Shown here: positions 10,482-22,600 of the stretch, piece by piece
Layout of the letters: the number at the start of each line of letters is the position of its first letter
How positions within the stretch are numbered: position 1 is the stretch's first letter
Assembly (NCBI GenBank): GCA_002269645.1
Contig: NIVC01003346.1
Span: forward strand, 1-41,277
DNA from: Macrostomum lignano
Lineage: Eukaryota
Reading direction: 5' to 3'
DNA length: 41,277 nt
Notes under the pieces: generated by a model
Database searches by the model: none
What the model was told of the DNA's origin: nothing
The model's input: the letters and a program-made list of their open reading frames with translations, nothing else
Translations under genes and position numbers: made by a program

Positions 10482-10931
10482 ATGTCATCCAAGAAAGCTC
10501 CGGCCGCCGCCCCAGTTGTTGTTAGCCGCCTCCTAGAAGATCGGCTAGCAAAACTAGAAGAAGTAGAGAAGAAAGTCGACCAAGTGTTGCAGTTTGCGTC
10601 CAATACTCTGGAAGAGATGGGCAAAGATCGAACCGTCCAGAAAACTGTTGACGATCATACGAAAAAGTTTATTAACAGTTTGCGCGAAGTTGAAAAAGAT
10701 ATGCTAGAGCAGTTGACTTACCTGAATCAGGTGAGCTGCGGGCATCCGTACGAGAGCTCCGCCTATGCCGCTAGGCTTCAATCTGATCAAGCCACTGAGC
10801 AGGCGGCTATTGTGGCCAATCAGTTGGATGATTTAATCGCAATCTGTGCCCAGTCTGCCAACGCTTCGTCAGGAGCAACCGCTGGCGGTGATCTCGGTAC
10901 AGATTTCGAAATGGGCGCCGGATCCAATTAG
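10482..10931 (+). CDS. MED11: Mediator of RNA polymerase II transcription subunit 11 (intronless, 149 aa)
   Basis: RLAKLEEVEKKVDQVLQFA...QLTYLNQVSCGHPYESSAYAAR aligns by eye to animal MED11 (RLRALEDIEREIGAILQNA...[22 protein letters not shown]). Confidence 0.9.
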   Translation: MSSKKAPAAAPVVVSRLLEDRLAKLEEVEKKVDQVLQFASNTLEEMGKDRTVQKTVDDHTKKFINSLREVEKDMLEQLTYLNQVSCGHPYESSAYAARLQSDQATEQAAIVANQLDDLIAICAQSANASSGATAGGDLGTDFEMGAGSN

Positions 10932-11032
10932 GCCAATGAATAACTTCAGAGAGTACTTGTTAACTCATTTCGTGATGCGCTTAGTTCTAGTGACTTTCCT
11001 GCTTTTGTCTTCTGTATTATCTGTGCTCCCTT

Positions 11033-11800
11033 GTATTTACCCTCCCCGTGTCTACCCTCCCCGTGTCTACCCTCCCAGTATTTACCCTCCCCGTGTCTAC
11101 CCTCCCGTGTCTACCCTCCCGTGTCTACCCTCCCGTGTCTACCCTCCCCGTGTCTGCCTTCTCGTGTCTACCCTCACCCTGTCTACCCTCCGCGTGTCTA
11201 TCCTCCCAGTGTCTACCCTCCCCGTGTCTACCCTCCCCGTGTCTACCCTCCCCGTGTCTGCCCTCCCCGTGTCTACCCTCACCCTGTCTACCCTCCGCGT
11301 GTCTATCCTCCCAGTGTCTACCCTCCCCGTGTCTACCCTCCCGTGTCTACCCTCCCCGTGTCTACCCTCCCCGTGTCTACCCTCCCAGTATTTACCCTCC
11401 CCGTGTCTACCCTCCCAGTATTTACCCTCCCGTGTCTACCCTCCCCGTGTCTGCCTTCTCGTGTCTACCCTCACCCTGTCTACCCTCCGCGTGTCTATCC
11501 TCCCAGTGTCTACCCTCCCAGTGTCTATCCTCCCAGTGTCTGCCCTCCCCTTTAATACCCTCCCAGTGTCTGCCCTCCCAGTGTCTGCCCTCCCAGTGTC
11601 TGCCCTCCCCTTGAATACCCTCCTAGTGCCTACCCTCCTAGTGTTTGCCCTCCCCTTGAATACCCTCCTAGTGCCTACCCTCCTAGTGTTTGCCCTCCCC
11701 TTAAATACCCTCCTAGTGCCTACCCTCCTAGTGTTTGCCCTCCCCATGAATACCCTCCTAGTGTCTACCCTCTAGCCCTCCCCGTGTCCACCCTCCCAGT
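11033..11800. repeat. Pyrimidine-rich ~15-bp minisatellite (CTACCCTCCCCGTGT)n
   Basis: About 50 degenerate units downstream of MED11. Confidence 0.95.
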
Positions 11801-11886
11801 GTCTTCCATCCAATGCCTACCATCCTTGTGTCAACCCTCCTTCCCAGTGTCCACTGCCCCAGTGTCGTTCCGCTCTCTGTGCTCAA

Positions 11887-12190
11887 ATGCCTAAATAATG
11901 GAGTTATTGTTAAGCATTATATGCCTAAATAATGGAGTTATTGTTAAGCATTATATGCCTAAATAATGGAGTTATTGTTAAGCATTATATGCCTAAATAA
12001 TGGAGTTATTGTTAAGCATTATATGCCTAAATAATGGAGTTATTGTTAAGCATTATATGCCTAAATAATGGAGTTATTGTTAAGCATTATATGCCTAAAT
12101 AATGGAGTTATTGTTAAGCATTATATGCCTAAATAATGGAGTTATTGTTAAGCATTATATGCCTAAATAATGGAGTTATTGTTAAGCATT
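11887..12190. repeat. Perfect 34-bp minisatellite, ~9 copies
   Basis: ATGCCTAAATAATGGAGTTATTGTTAAGCATTAT repeated with period 34 (11887, 11921, ...). Confidence 0.98.
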
Positions 12191-12400
12191 TACTTGTACA
12201 TGCGTGCCAATGTGGCCCGAAATGCTTATATATTTAGCCAATTTACATCAGAAATAAATGCTGTACAAAATTGTGTTATCTTTTTTCCTTTCTTAGTAAA
12301 TACTTATCAAGCATTCAACAACTGAAAGTTTGTACACAAAATAGAAAATTTTAAATTTTCTTTTTTTTTATGACAATAATTGTTTTCGCTCGCATCAACA

Positions 12401-12410
12401 ATGGCTAGCG
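12401..12410 (+). CDS. ARHGAP1: RhoGAP exon 1 (MAS-G micro-exon)
   Basis: ATGGCTAGCG|GTAAGT; an 88-bp intron joins it in phase to exon 2. Confidence 0.7.
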
Positions 12411-12869
12411 GTAAGTGACAGTCGAAATGCTTTGCTTAATGTACCTAGTAGACGCTTGGACTGTCCAGAGTACTTTCCTTGGTCTTTGGCCCATGCAGGA
12501 CCCGCTGCTCAGTCTGTGCCCGCCGAGGACAACGACGGCAGCGAAATTGGCGACGACTGCGAATTCGACGGTGCCGAAGCTGCCGGCCAGGAGGGTGGCG
12601 ACTTTGCCGAGCCAGAGCTGGAGTTCGATGAGTCCGGGCTGGAGCTCACCGAGAATGAGGGTGAGCTGCTCTTGGCTGAGAGTCCTTGGGCCTGTCTGTT
12701 TGTCTGTCTTGTGTGTGCGTCTGCACCTGTCTGTCTGTCTATGTCTGTCTGTCTATGTCTATTTTAGTGTCTGTCTGTCTGTCTGTCTATATCTGTTTTA
12801 GTCTCTGTCTGTTTGTCTGTCTGTCTGTCTATATCTGTTTTAGTGTCTGTCTGTCTATGTCTGTTTTAG

Positions 12870-12920
<51 letters not shown>

Positions 12921-13349
12921 GTCTGTTTTAGTGTCTGTCTGTTTGTCTGTCTGTCTGTCTATATCTGTTTTAGTCTCTGTCTGTTTGTCTGTCTGTCTGT
13001 CTATATCTGTTTTAGTCTCTGTCTGTTTGTCTGTCTGTCTGTCTATATCTGTTTTAGTGTCTGTCTGTCTATGTCTGTTTTAGTGTCTGTCTGTCTGTCT
13101 GTCTGTCTATGTCTGTTTTAGTCTCTGTCTGTTTGTCTGTCTGTCTGTCTATATCTGTTTTAGTGTCTGTCTGTCTATGTCTGTTTTAGCGTCTGTCTAG
13201 CTGTTTGTCTCTCTGACAAACAGACGGACGGACGGACAGACAGACAGACAGACAGACAAACAGCTAGACAGACACTAAAACAGACATAGACAGACAGACA
13301 CGGACAGACAGACAGACGGGCAGACAAGCAGACAAAGACAGACACTAAA

Positions 13350-13407
<58 letters not shown>

Positions 13408-13626
13408 TAAGACAGACAGCTAGACAGACACTAAAACAGACATACAGACAGACAGGCATACAGACAGACAGACAGACACTAAACCAGACATAGACAGACA
13501 GACAGACAGACAGACAAACAGCTAGACAGACACTAAACAGACAGACAGGCGGACAGACAAACAGACAGACACTAAACCAGACATAGACAGACAGACGGGC
13601 AGACAAACAGACAAAGACAGACACTA

Positions 13627-13682
<56 letters not shown>

Positions 13683-16600
13683 TAAGACAGACAGCTAGAC
13701 AGACACTAAAACAGACATACAGACAGACAGGCATACAGACAGACGGATTGACAGACAGACAGACAGACACTAAACCAGACATAGACAGACAGACAGACAA
13801 ACAGACAGAGACTAAAACAGATAGACAGACACTAAAACAGATATAGACAGACAGACAGACAAACAGACAGACTAAACAGATGTCTGTTTAGATAGACAGA
13901 TAGACAGATGTCTGTCTGTCTGTTTTAGTGTCCTTCTAGCTGTCTGTCTGTCTGTCTCAATTAAATTGTACATACGTGTGCTAATTTTCACTGTTTACTT
14001 GATCAGTCTGTAAACAGTCTGTTTTGTGACTAGCGTCACTAACTAGTCCAGGCTTAGCTAAAATGCAATCCGCTGTCCGCTAATTACAGAGCAGGAGCCT
14101 GGCTTTGTGACAGTGCAGCCAGCTGACTGCTCGGGTGAGAATGCAGCCAAGCAAAGCCTGCCACAATCACTGGAATTATTCATGTACCCATTTTAAATAA
14201 TGATTTTTGCACTGCTAATATCATTCTGTCTAGTACGAGTATTTGATTGAAGCCAAGAGAATTAAAATTAATTATGTTTTCTAATCACTGATGCCTCATG
14301 TTGGCATTATAAATCTGTCTCAAGTTAAACAGCATTTATTTATATTTCATTTTTCCCACTTCCTACTTTAGCTCTGGAGACTTTCGAGGATTACGATGGT
14401 AAAAAAATGATACCTAGCCATATGCCTGCACCTATTGACCTTAATATTGTTATTCTCGTACTCGTCAGCACAGTTATACATGCGCACGCTTAATGAAACT
14501 GTAAATATCTTGTAAACTTTCGTTGTGTTATCATTTTTTTATTTATTACGCATCTATGTACGCACACGGATGTGTACGCAGGCTGTCATACGGGGTGTAC
14601 AGCGGCCCTGACTTTCTAATCGTGACAGCGATGTACACTCCAAGGACCACCGTAGTATAACAGGAGGTAAGGCTCGTAATTTTTTGGAGGCCAATTTCCT
14701 GGAAAAAATACACTGCGAGGATAGGAACATATCACCACAAAATCAATGATTGCATTGGATCTGGGGCAGTGAAGATTAGCATTCTTTTAATTTAGCATGC
14801 AAAGTATGTTACTCTGTATTCTGTATAGCTGCGTAGTGAGTTTCATTTTCATATTTTCTTATTATTTCATAAGCCCAAAGTTGCATACTCGTATACTCAC
14901 AAGTGGACGTTGTATATAGATTTTCGTGTGTCTATGCAGTGAATTTTTCCAGGAAATTGGCCTCCAAAAATGACAAATCTTTGAGTTTTACTTCCTGTTA
15001 TACTACAGTGTTCCTTAGTATCCTTGGTATACACTATGGGTTGTGGCCTTGCACGGAATCGAACCCGGTACCTTGGTTTGAGGGTCGGACGCGCGTTACC
15101 TCTGATCTTTTTTTATCCTGTCTCAAAATCCTAACATAATATTTATATCTTTATTAATAGCAGTAGTCTGTTTGTTGGGTTGCCTTTAATTTACTTTTTA
15201 TTGCCTTTTTTGCCTTCTGTTTATCCAGCCATTCCAGTCGAGGATCAGCTCTATTTCATGGCGAACAATCCTGGTAATTCTGTGTGCGCAACTCGTCTCA
15301 GTCTCAGGCTATTTTTATAACTGTTAAACATTAGCAACAATAATTGCCACTGCTTTGATTAACAATAACTGATTATTGCATTTTCTACAAAGTCTACCAA
15401 TCTAACAACAAAAATCTATGTCTGACGCTAGATGAAGAGTTTATCTAATTTTAATTGTTAAATTCTGATATTTCTACTAACCAGTTTTTGATGAGTAGCG
15501 AGTTGCGCAACTATTTACTATTGTATATTATTTATTTTTCAAACAGAAGACGATCCGTCCGACGAGAATCTCGGCGCCGGTCGCATCACGCCCGAGGGCT
15601 ACATAGACGAGGACTTCGAGGACACGCTTGGCTCACCGGCGACTGAGGTTAATACTCAGGATCTGGTGGACACCGAGTTCAAGGAGATTAGTCGGCTGGG
15701 TATTATTCAGGTGAAGCTGGCTTTCAATTATTGTTTCAATCTTTTTTTATCAAAAACTGCTTTAGCCTGACACTCCTTTGTTATCACTCCTGACACCTGA
15801 CTGTTATCACCCTGACACCATCCATCATCACTCCTGACACCTGACTGTTATCACCCTGACACCATCCATCATCACTCCTGACACCTGACTGTTATCACCC
15901 TGACACCATCCATCATCACTCCTGACACCTGCGTGTTATCACCCTGACGCCTGCGTGTTATCACCCTGACGCCTGCGTGTTATCACCCTGACACCATCCA
16001 TCATCACTCCTGACACCTGACTGTTATCACCCTGACACCATCCATCATCACTCCTGACACCTGACTGTTATCACCCTGACACCATCCATCATCACTCCTG
16101 ACACCTGCGTGTTATCACCCTGACGCCTGCGTGTTATCACCCTGACACCATCCATCATCACTCCTGACACCTGCGTGTTATCACCCTGACACCATCCATC
16201 ATCACTCCTGACACCTGCGTGTTATCACCCTGACACCATCCATCATCACTCCTGACACCTGCGTGTTATCACCCTGACACCTGCGTGTTATCACCCTGAC
16301 ACCTGCGTGTTATCACCCTGACACCTGCGTGTTATCACCCTGACACCTGCGTGTTATCACCCTGACACCTGCGTGTTATCACCCTGACACCTGCGTGTTA
16401 TCACCCTGACACCTGCGTGTTATCACCCTGACACCTGCGTGTTATCACCCTGACACCATCCATCATCACTCCTGACACCATCCATCATCACTCCTGACAC
16501 CATCCATCATCACTCCTGACACCATCCATCATCACTCCTGACACCATCCATCATCACTCCTGACACCATCCATCATCACTCCTGACACCATCCATCATCA

Positions 16601-19600
16601 CTCCTGACACCATCCATCATCACTCCTGACACCATCCATCATCACTCCTGACACCATCCATCATCACTCCTGACACCATCCATCATCACTCCTGACACCA
16701 TCCATCATCACTCCTGACACCATCCATCATCACTCCTGACACCATCCATCATCACTCCTGACACCATCCATCATCACTCCTGACACCATCCATCATCACT
16801 CCTGACACCATCCATCATCACTCCTGACACCATCCATCATCACTCCTGACACCATCCATCATTACTCCTGACACCATCCATCATCACTCCTGACACCATC
16901 CATCATCACTCCTGACACCATTCATCATCACTCCTGACACCATTCATCATCACTCCTGACACCATCCATCATCACTCCTGACACCATTCATCATCACTCC
17001 TGACACCATTCATCATCACTCCTGACACCATCCATCATCACTCCTGACACCATCCATCATCACTCCTGACACCATCCATCATCACTCCTGACACCATCCA
17101 TCATCACTCCTGACACCATTCATCATCACTCCTGACACTATCCATCATCACTCCTGACACCATTCATCATCACTCCTGACACCATTCATCATCACTCCTG
17201 ACACCATTCATCATCACTCCTGACACCATTCATCATCACTCCTGACACCATTCATCATCACTCCTGACACCATCCATCATCACTCCTGACACCATTCATC
17301 ATCACTCCTGACACCATTCATCATCACTCCTGACACCATTCATCATCACTCCTGACACCATTCATCATCACTCCTGACACCATTCATCATCACTCCTGAC
17401 ACCATCCATCATCACTCCTGACACCATCCATCATCACTCCTGACACCATCCATCATCACTCCTGACACCATCCATCATCACTCCTGACACCATCCATCAT
17501 CACTCCTGACACCATTCATCATCACTCCTGACACCATTCATCATCACTCCTGACACCATTCATCATCACTCCTGACACCATCCATCATCACTCCTGACAC
17601 CATCCATCATCACTCCTGACACCATTCATCATCACTCCTGACACCATCCATCATCACTCCTGACACCATCCATCATCACTCCTGACACCATCCATCATCA
17701 CTCCTGACACCATCCATCATCACTCCTGACACCATCCATCATCACTCCTGACACCATTCATCATCACTCCTGACACCATTCATCATCACTCCTGACACCA
17801 TTCATCATCACTCCTGACACCATCCATCATCACTCCTGACACCATCCATCATCACTCCTGACACCATTCATCATCACTCCTGACACCATCCATCATCACT
17901 CCTGACACCATCCATCATCACTCCTGACACCATTCATCATCACTCCTGACACCATCCATCATCACTCCTGACACCATCCCAACGCTCAGGTTGTTGGTGA
18001 CGACCGTCTCGGCCGCAAGGTGATCATCTTCAGTGCGTGTCGGCTTCCGCCGGCTGAGAACTTGGACCACCAGCGCCTGCTAAAGTACATCATTAACACT
18101 CTGAGCCAGTACGTGGAGAATGACTACGTTTTAGTTTACTTTCATCACGGCCTCAACAGCAAGAACAAACCGAGTTTTGCCTGGCTGAAGCAGGCCTACT
18201 CAGAGTTTGACAGGAAGTACAAGAAAAATCTAAAAGCATTCCTCATTGTGCATCCGACCAAGCTCATCAAGGCGCTGTACTTTCTGTTCAAGCCGTTTAT
18301 CAGGTTGGTGGCCTTTGCTTCTTTAATGGGAATTGATTCAGTGACAGGCTTAGCTATTGATTCAGTGACAGGCTTAGCTATTGATTCAGTGACAGGCTTA
18401 GCTATTGATTCAGTGACAGGCTTAGCTATTGATTCAGTGACAGGCTTAGCTATTGATTCAGTGACAGGCTTAGCTATTGATTCAGTGACAGGCTTAGCTA
18501 TTGATTCAGTGACAGGCTTAGCTATTGATTCAGTGACAGGCTTAGCTATTGATTCAGTGACAGGCTTAGCTATTGATTCAGTGACAGGCTTAGCTATTGA
18601 TTCAGTGACAGGCTTAGCTATTGATTCAGTGACAGGCTTAGCTATTGATTCAGTGACAGGCTTAGCTATTGATTCAGTGACAGGCTTAGCTATTGATTCA
18701 GTGACAGGCTTAGCTATTGATTCAGTGACAGGCTTAGCTATTGATTCAGTGACAGGCTTAGCTATTGATTCAGTGACAGGCTTAGCTATTCAGTCAGTGA
18801 CAGGCTTAGCAATTCAGTCAGTGGCAAGCTTAACAATGTGACAGACTTTTCGACCTTTGTCTAAAGATTCTGCTTAATAAATTTGCAGCGTGAAGTTTGG
18901 CCGGAAGCTGACCTACGTGAACTACCTGGCAGATTTGAAATCGCAGAATCTTTACTTTGATCAGCTGCCGATCCCGCAACGCGTCAGAGAGTGAGTTTTA
19001 TTACTGACCGATTCTTAGCTTTGTAACATTAATTAGTTTACTTTTTTGACAAATGCCAAATATAGACAGACAAATTACGATTAAAAGCGATGAGTAATCA
19101 TTGTAATAATAGTTGTTTATTTTAGATTTTTATATGCGCAATCGGGTATTCCATTCGCTGGGCCCAGTGACAGGTCTAAGCGCATTCGCCTGATAGTTTA
19201 CAGTATATTGCGCACTTGCGCCTTCATATATAAACCAATGATTTATTTTATTAAGCAAGCGGCAAATTGAAACCCAGTGCGCTGTGTCAGATTGCAATCT
19301 AAGAGATCTGGGACATTGTCAGGCATGAGCTGCTCTAAAGAGCTGAGCAGTCGTACTGTTCAGCAGGCTAGTCGGATCCGTTCCACTATGGCTCTGTTCC
19401 GGTTCCCGTCCAGCGACCTGCTGACGCCGGCGTCGCCATCGACTTCGCCGTCGTTAACTCGGCGTCGACGAAATCGACGTCGGCTTTTCCAGGTAGCCGG
19501 CGATATTGGCGGCGGCGGCGTCGACGACGGTGTGAGGCTGCGCCGGTTGACGCTTAGGAAACGGTCGATCTCGGCCGATTCGACCAGCCTGTACCGCGGC

Positions 19601-22600
19601 GTCCCCAATGCCGGATTCGTTGATTGGGAATGGTACCAGTGGTCTATTCTTGCAGACTTCTAATATATATTAAACTGGGTGCTTTCTTGAACAGTTGTAA
19701 GAAGCTTCTGATTGTTGAAAGCGTTTTAGAAAAGTTGAATTCTTTCTAGGAAAACTTTTAGATTTCTAGGAAAAATTGCGGAACGTTTCTAAGAAAATTG
19801 TTTGGAAGCTTTCTAGAATTTTTTAAATCTTTCTAGGAAATTTTGGAAGCTTTCTAGGAAAAATATTTGGAAGCTTTCTAGGAAAAATATTTGGAAGCTT
19901 TCTAGGAAATTTGTTTGGAAGATTTCTAGGAAATTAGTTTGGAAGATTTCTAGGAAAAATATTTATAAGCTTTGTCGGGAAATTTTAAAAACTTTCTTGA
20001 AAAAGTTGTAGAAAGCTTTTTAGGAAAACTGTTTGAAGCTTTTTAGGAAGAACATAAAAAGCTTAAGAATTTTCATCAAAAATATCTTTATTGAAGCTGT
20101 CTATGATGATGGTTTCTCAAAAACTTTTGTAACGAATTTGATTTGCTATAAATTTCAGGTTGGATGCTCTTTCTTTGAAAAAGATCAATTTATTTCTTAG
20201 AATAGAACTTTTCGCGGTCAGTTGTTTGATAGCACTTGTCTAATCTGCAATTTCAAGGTACGACGATTCGATTCAGCCGGCCTCGGGCAATCGGGCTGCT
20301 CTGACGTCTCAGTATTCTCGCTCCGAGGATTTCGCCTACGGCCAGCAGTTGGTTGCCAACCCGCTGCCAACCACTCAGTTTGGAGTCAGCCTGCAGCAGT
20401 GAGTGGCTTGAGCTTGACTGTCCGAGTGTGTCTGTCCAATTGTTTCCGGAGTCTGTTCCGAGTGTCCGAGTCTGGGTCCTTGTCCGACTTTGTCCGAATC
20501 TGGGTGTGTCCTTGTCCGACTGTGTCCGAATCTGGGTGTGTCCTTGTCCGACTGTTCGAGTCTGGGTGTGTCCTTGTCCGACAGTGTCCGAATCTGGGTG
20601 TGTCCTTGTCCGACTTTGTCCGAATCTGGGTGTGTCCTTGTCCGACAGTGTCCGAATCTGAGTGTGTCCTTGTTTGACTCTGGGTGTGTCCTTGTCCGAC
20701 AGTGTCCGAATCTGAGTGTGTCCTTGTCCGACTGTGTCTGAGTCTGGGTGTGTCCTTATCCGAATCTGGGTGTGTCTTTGTCCGATCTAGTCTGAGTCTG
20801 ACTGTCCCGATTCTGAGTGTTTTCTGATTATATCGGCCGCTATTCAAGTCTAATTTATTTTGTCTTTAAGTCTGACATGTCATTCATATCCCAATCTGAT
20901 CATATTGAGTAAGTATCCCAGGTTACAATACTTGAAACTGTTTCCCTGCCTTCATCAAACTCCCAGCATCAAGCACTATAACGGCGGCAGCGTCATCTGT
21001 CCTGTGGTTGAGCACACTATCAAATACCTGCGCGAGTGCTGCCTTGACGTTGAGGGCCTGTTCCGTCGTTCGTGTAGCGTTGCCCAAGTACAGGATGTGC
21101 AAGAGAAGTATAACAGAGGTAAGAATTGCCCTAGCTCTGCTGTCTGAGTTTGCTTGTCTCTGGTCTCTAGAGCCTAGAGTTTTCATCCTGATCCTCAGGT
21201 TGGTCTGTCACTCATTCCCAGTCCTCACTCTTACTCTCTCCTAGTCCTCAATTTGTGTGCCTGTCACTCACCTTGTCCCCAATTTGTGTGCCTGTCACTC
21301 ACCTTGTCCTCAATTTGTGTGCCTGTCACTCACCTTGTCCTCAATTTGTGTGCCTGTCACTCTCCTAGTCCACAATTTGTGTCAGTCACTCTCTCCTCGT
21401 CCTCAATTTGTGTCAGTCACTCTCTCCTCGTCCTCAATTTGTGTCAGTCACTCTCTCCTCGTCCTCAATTTGTGTCAGTCACTCTCTCCTAGTCCTCAAT
21501 TTGAGTCAGTCACTCTCTCCTAGTCCTCAACTAGCGTCTGTCACTCTCGTAGTCCTCAATCTGTGCCTGTCACTCTCCTAGTCCTTAATCTGTGCCTGTC
21601 ACTCTCCTAGTCCTCAATTTATGCATCTGTACTACTTCCTGGACGGCTGGCCCTCAGTTTGCCTGTCACTCCCTCAGTCCACAATGTCACCCAGCCTGTC
21701 ACTACTTGCCATTCATTCGAGTCCCGCCGTGCCCCCCCCCCCCAGGCGAATACGTGGACTTTCGCGATCTCGGCAATCCGCACCTGGCCGCCGTACTGTT
21801 AAAGACTTTCCTACGCGAACTAGCCGAGCCGCTGCTCACCTTTGAGCTGTACGAGGCTGTCATCGAGAATCACGCGCTGCCGGCCAAAACGAAGGTGTCG
21901 CACGCCAGGAGCCTGATTAGCCAGCAGCTCCCGGATGACAATTATGACTTGTTGAACTACGTTGCTCAGTTCCTGTCTGAGGTGAGATCTATTCTGTTTT
22001 ATAAATTGGTCAACACTACCTACTATTAGTAGCTGTATTCGCCTGTTGAAAATTCGCAAATTTGAAGTTAAGGTCGACAGAGGTCATGTGATATAATCTA
22101 TCGTCGAGATCAAAGGTTTCGAGTTCGAATTTCTAGTTGAATATTCCCAGTTGGAGTCAACTTTTTAGTTAGAGGCAGGGGGGTTGTGTGCACCCTGGCG
22201 CACTTTAAGCGACATTGTCGCACAACCGGCGAGAGGCATTGCTGCCCATTCCACCGACTCCCCTGAGCAGGCGCACACTCACACAGGAGTGTACAGCGGC
22301 CCTACTTTATTTATCGTTATGCATGTACTCTTCACTGTGCCTTGGGGGTTGGCCCTCAAGGCCGTTAATTGCACGAGCAGAGCCTAAGATTCCCATTTAG
22401 CCACAAATTAATGCGACTGCACTGGGAATCGAGCCTGGGCCGCAGGATCATCAGAGCGTCTCTCTAGACCACTGGGCTACATTCCTCTCTCGCAGTTCGA
22501 TTCATAGAATTTCCCTCAAAATTGTTTGTTTTTTCAAGGTGGCCGACAACTCAACCCGGAACAAGATGACGGCCCTGAACCTGGGCATCGTGTTCGGCCC

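Noticed and set aside
9581-11775. Pro-rich repetitive ORFs (CSPGYSVRCYPPP, VYPPR, STLPV)
   Set aside because: Open in several frames because the minisatellites lack stops; no domain or codon evidence.
15040-15110. tRNA gene (similar signals at 22420-22480 and 40120-40150)
   Set aside because: Only A/B-box-like motifs; no complete cloverleaf, and the first two continue into a shared SINE-like tail.
18304-18841. IDSVTGLA-repeat extension of the BCH-domain ORF
   Set aside because: Read-through of intron 4; the AG|GTTGGT donor and the in-phase exon 5 restore the conserved protein.
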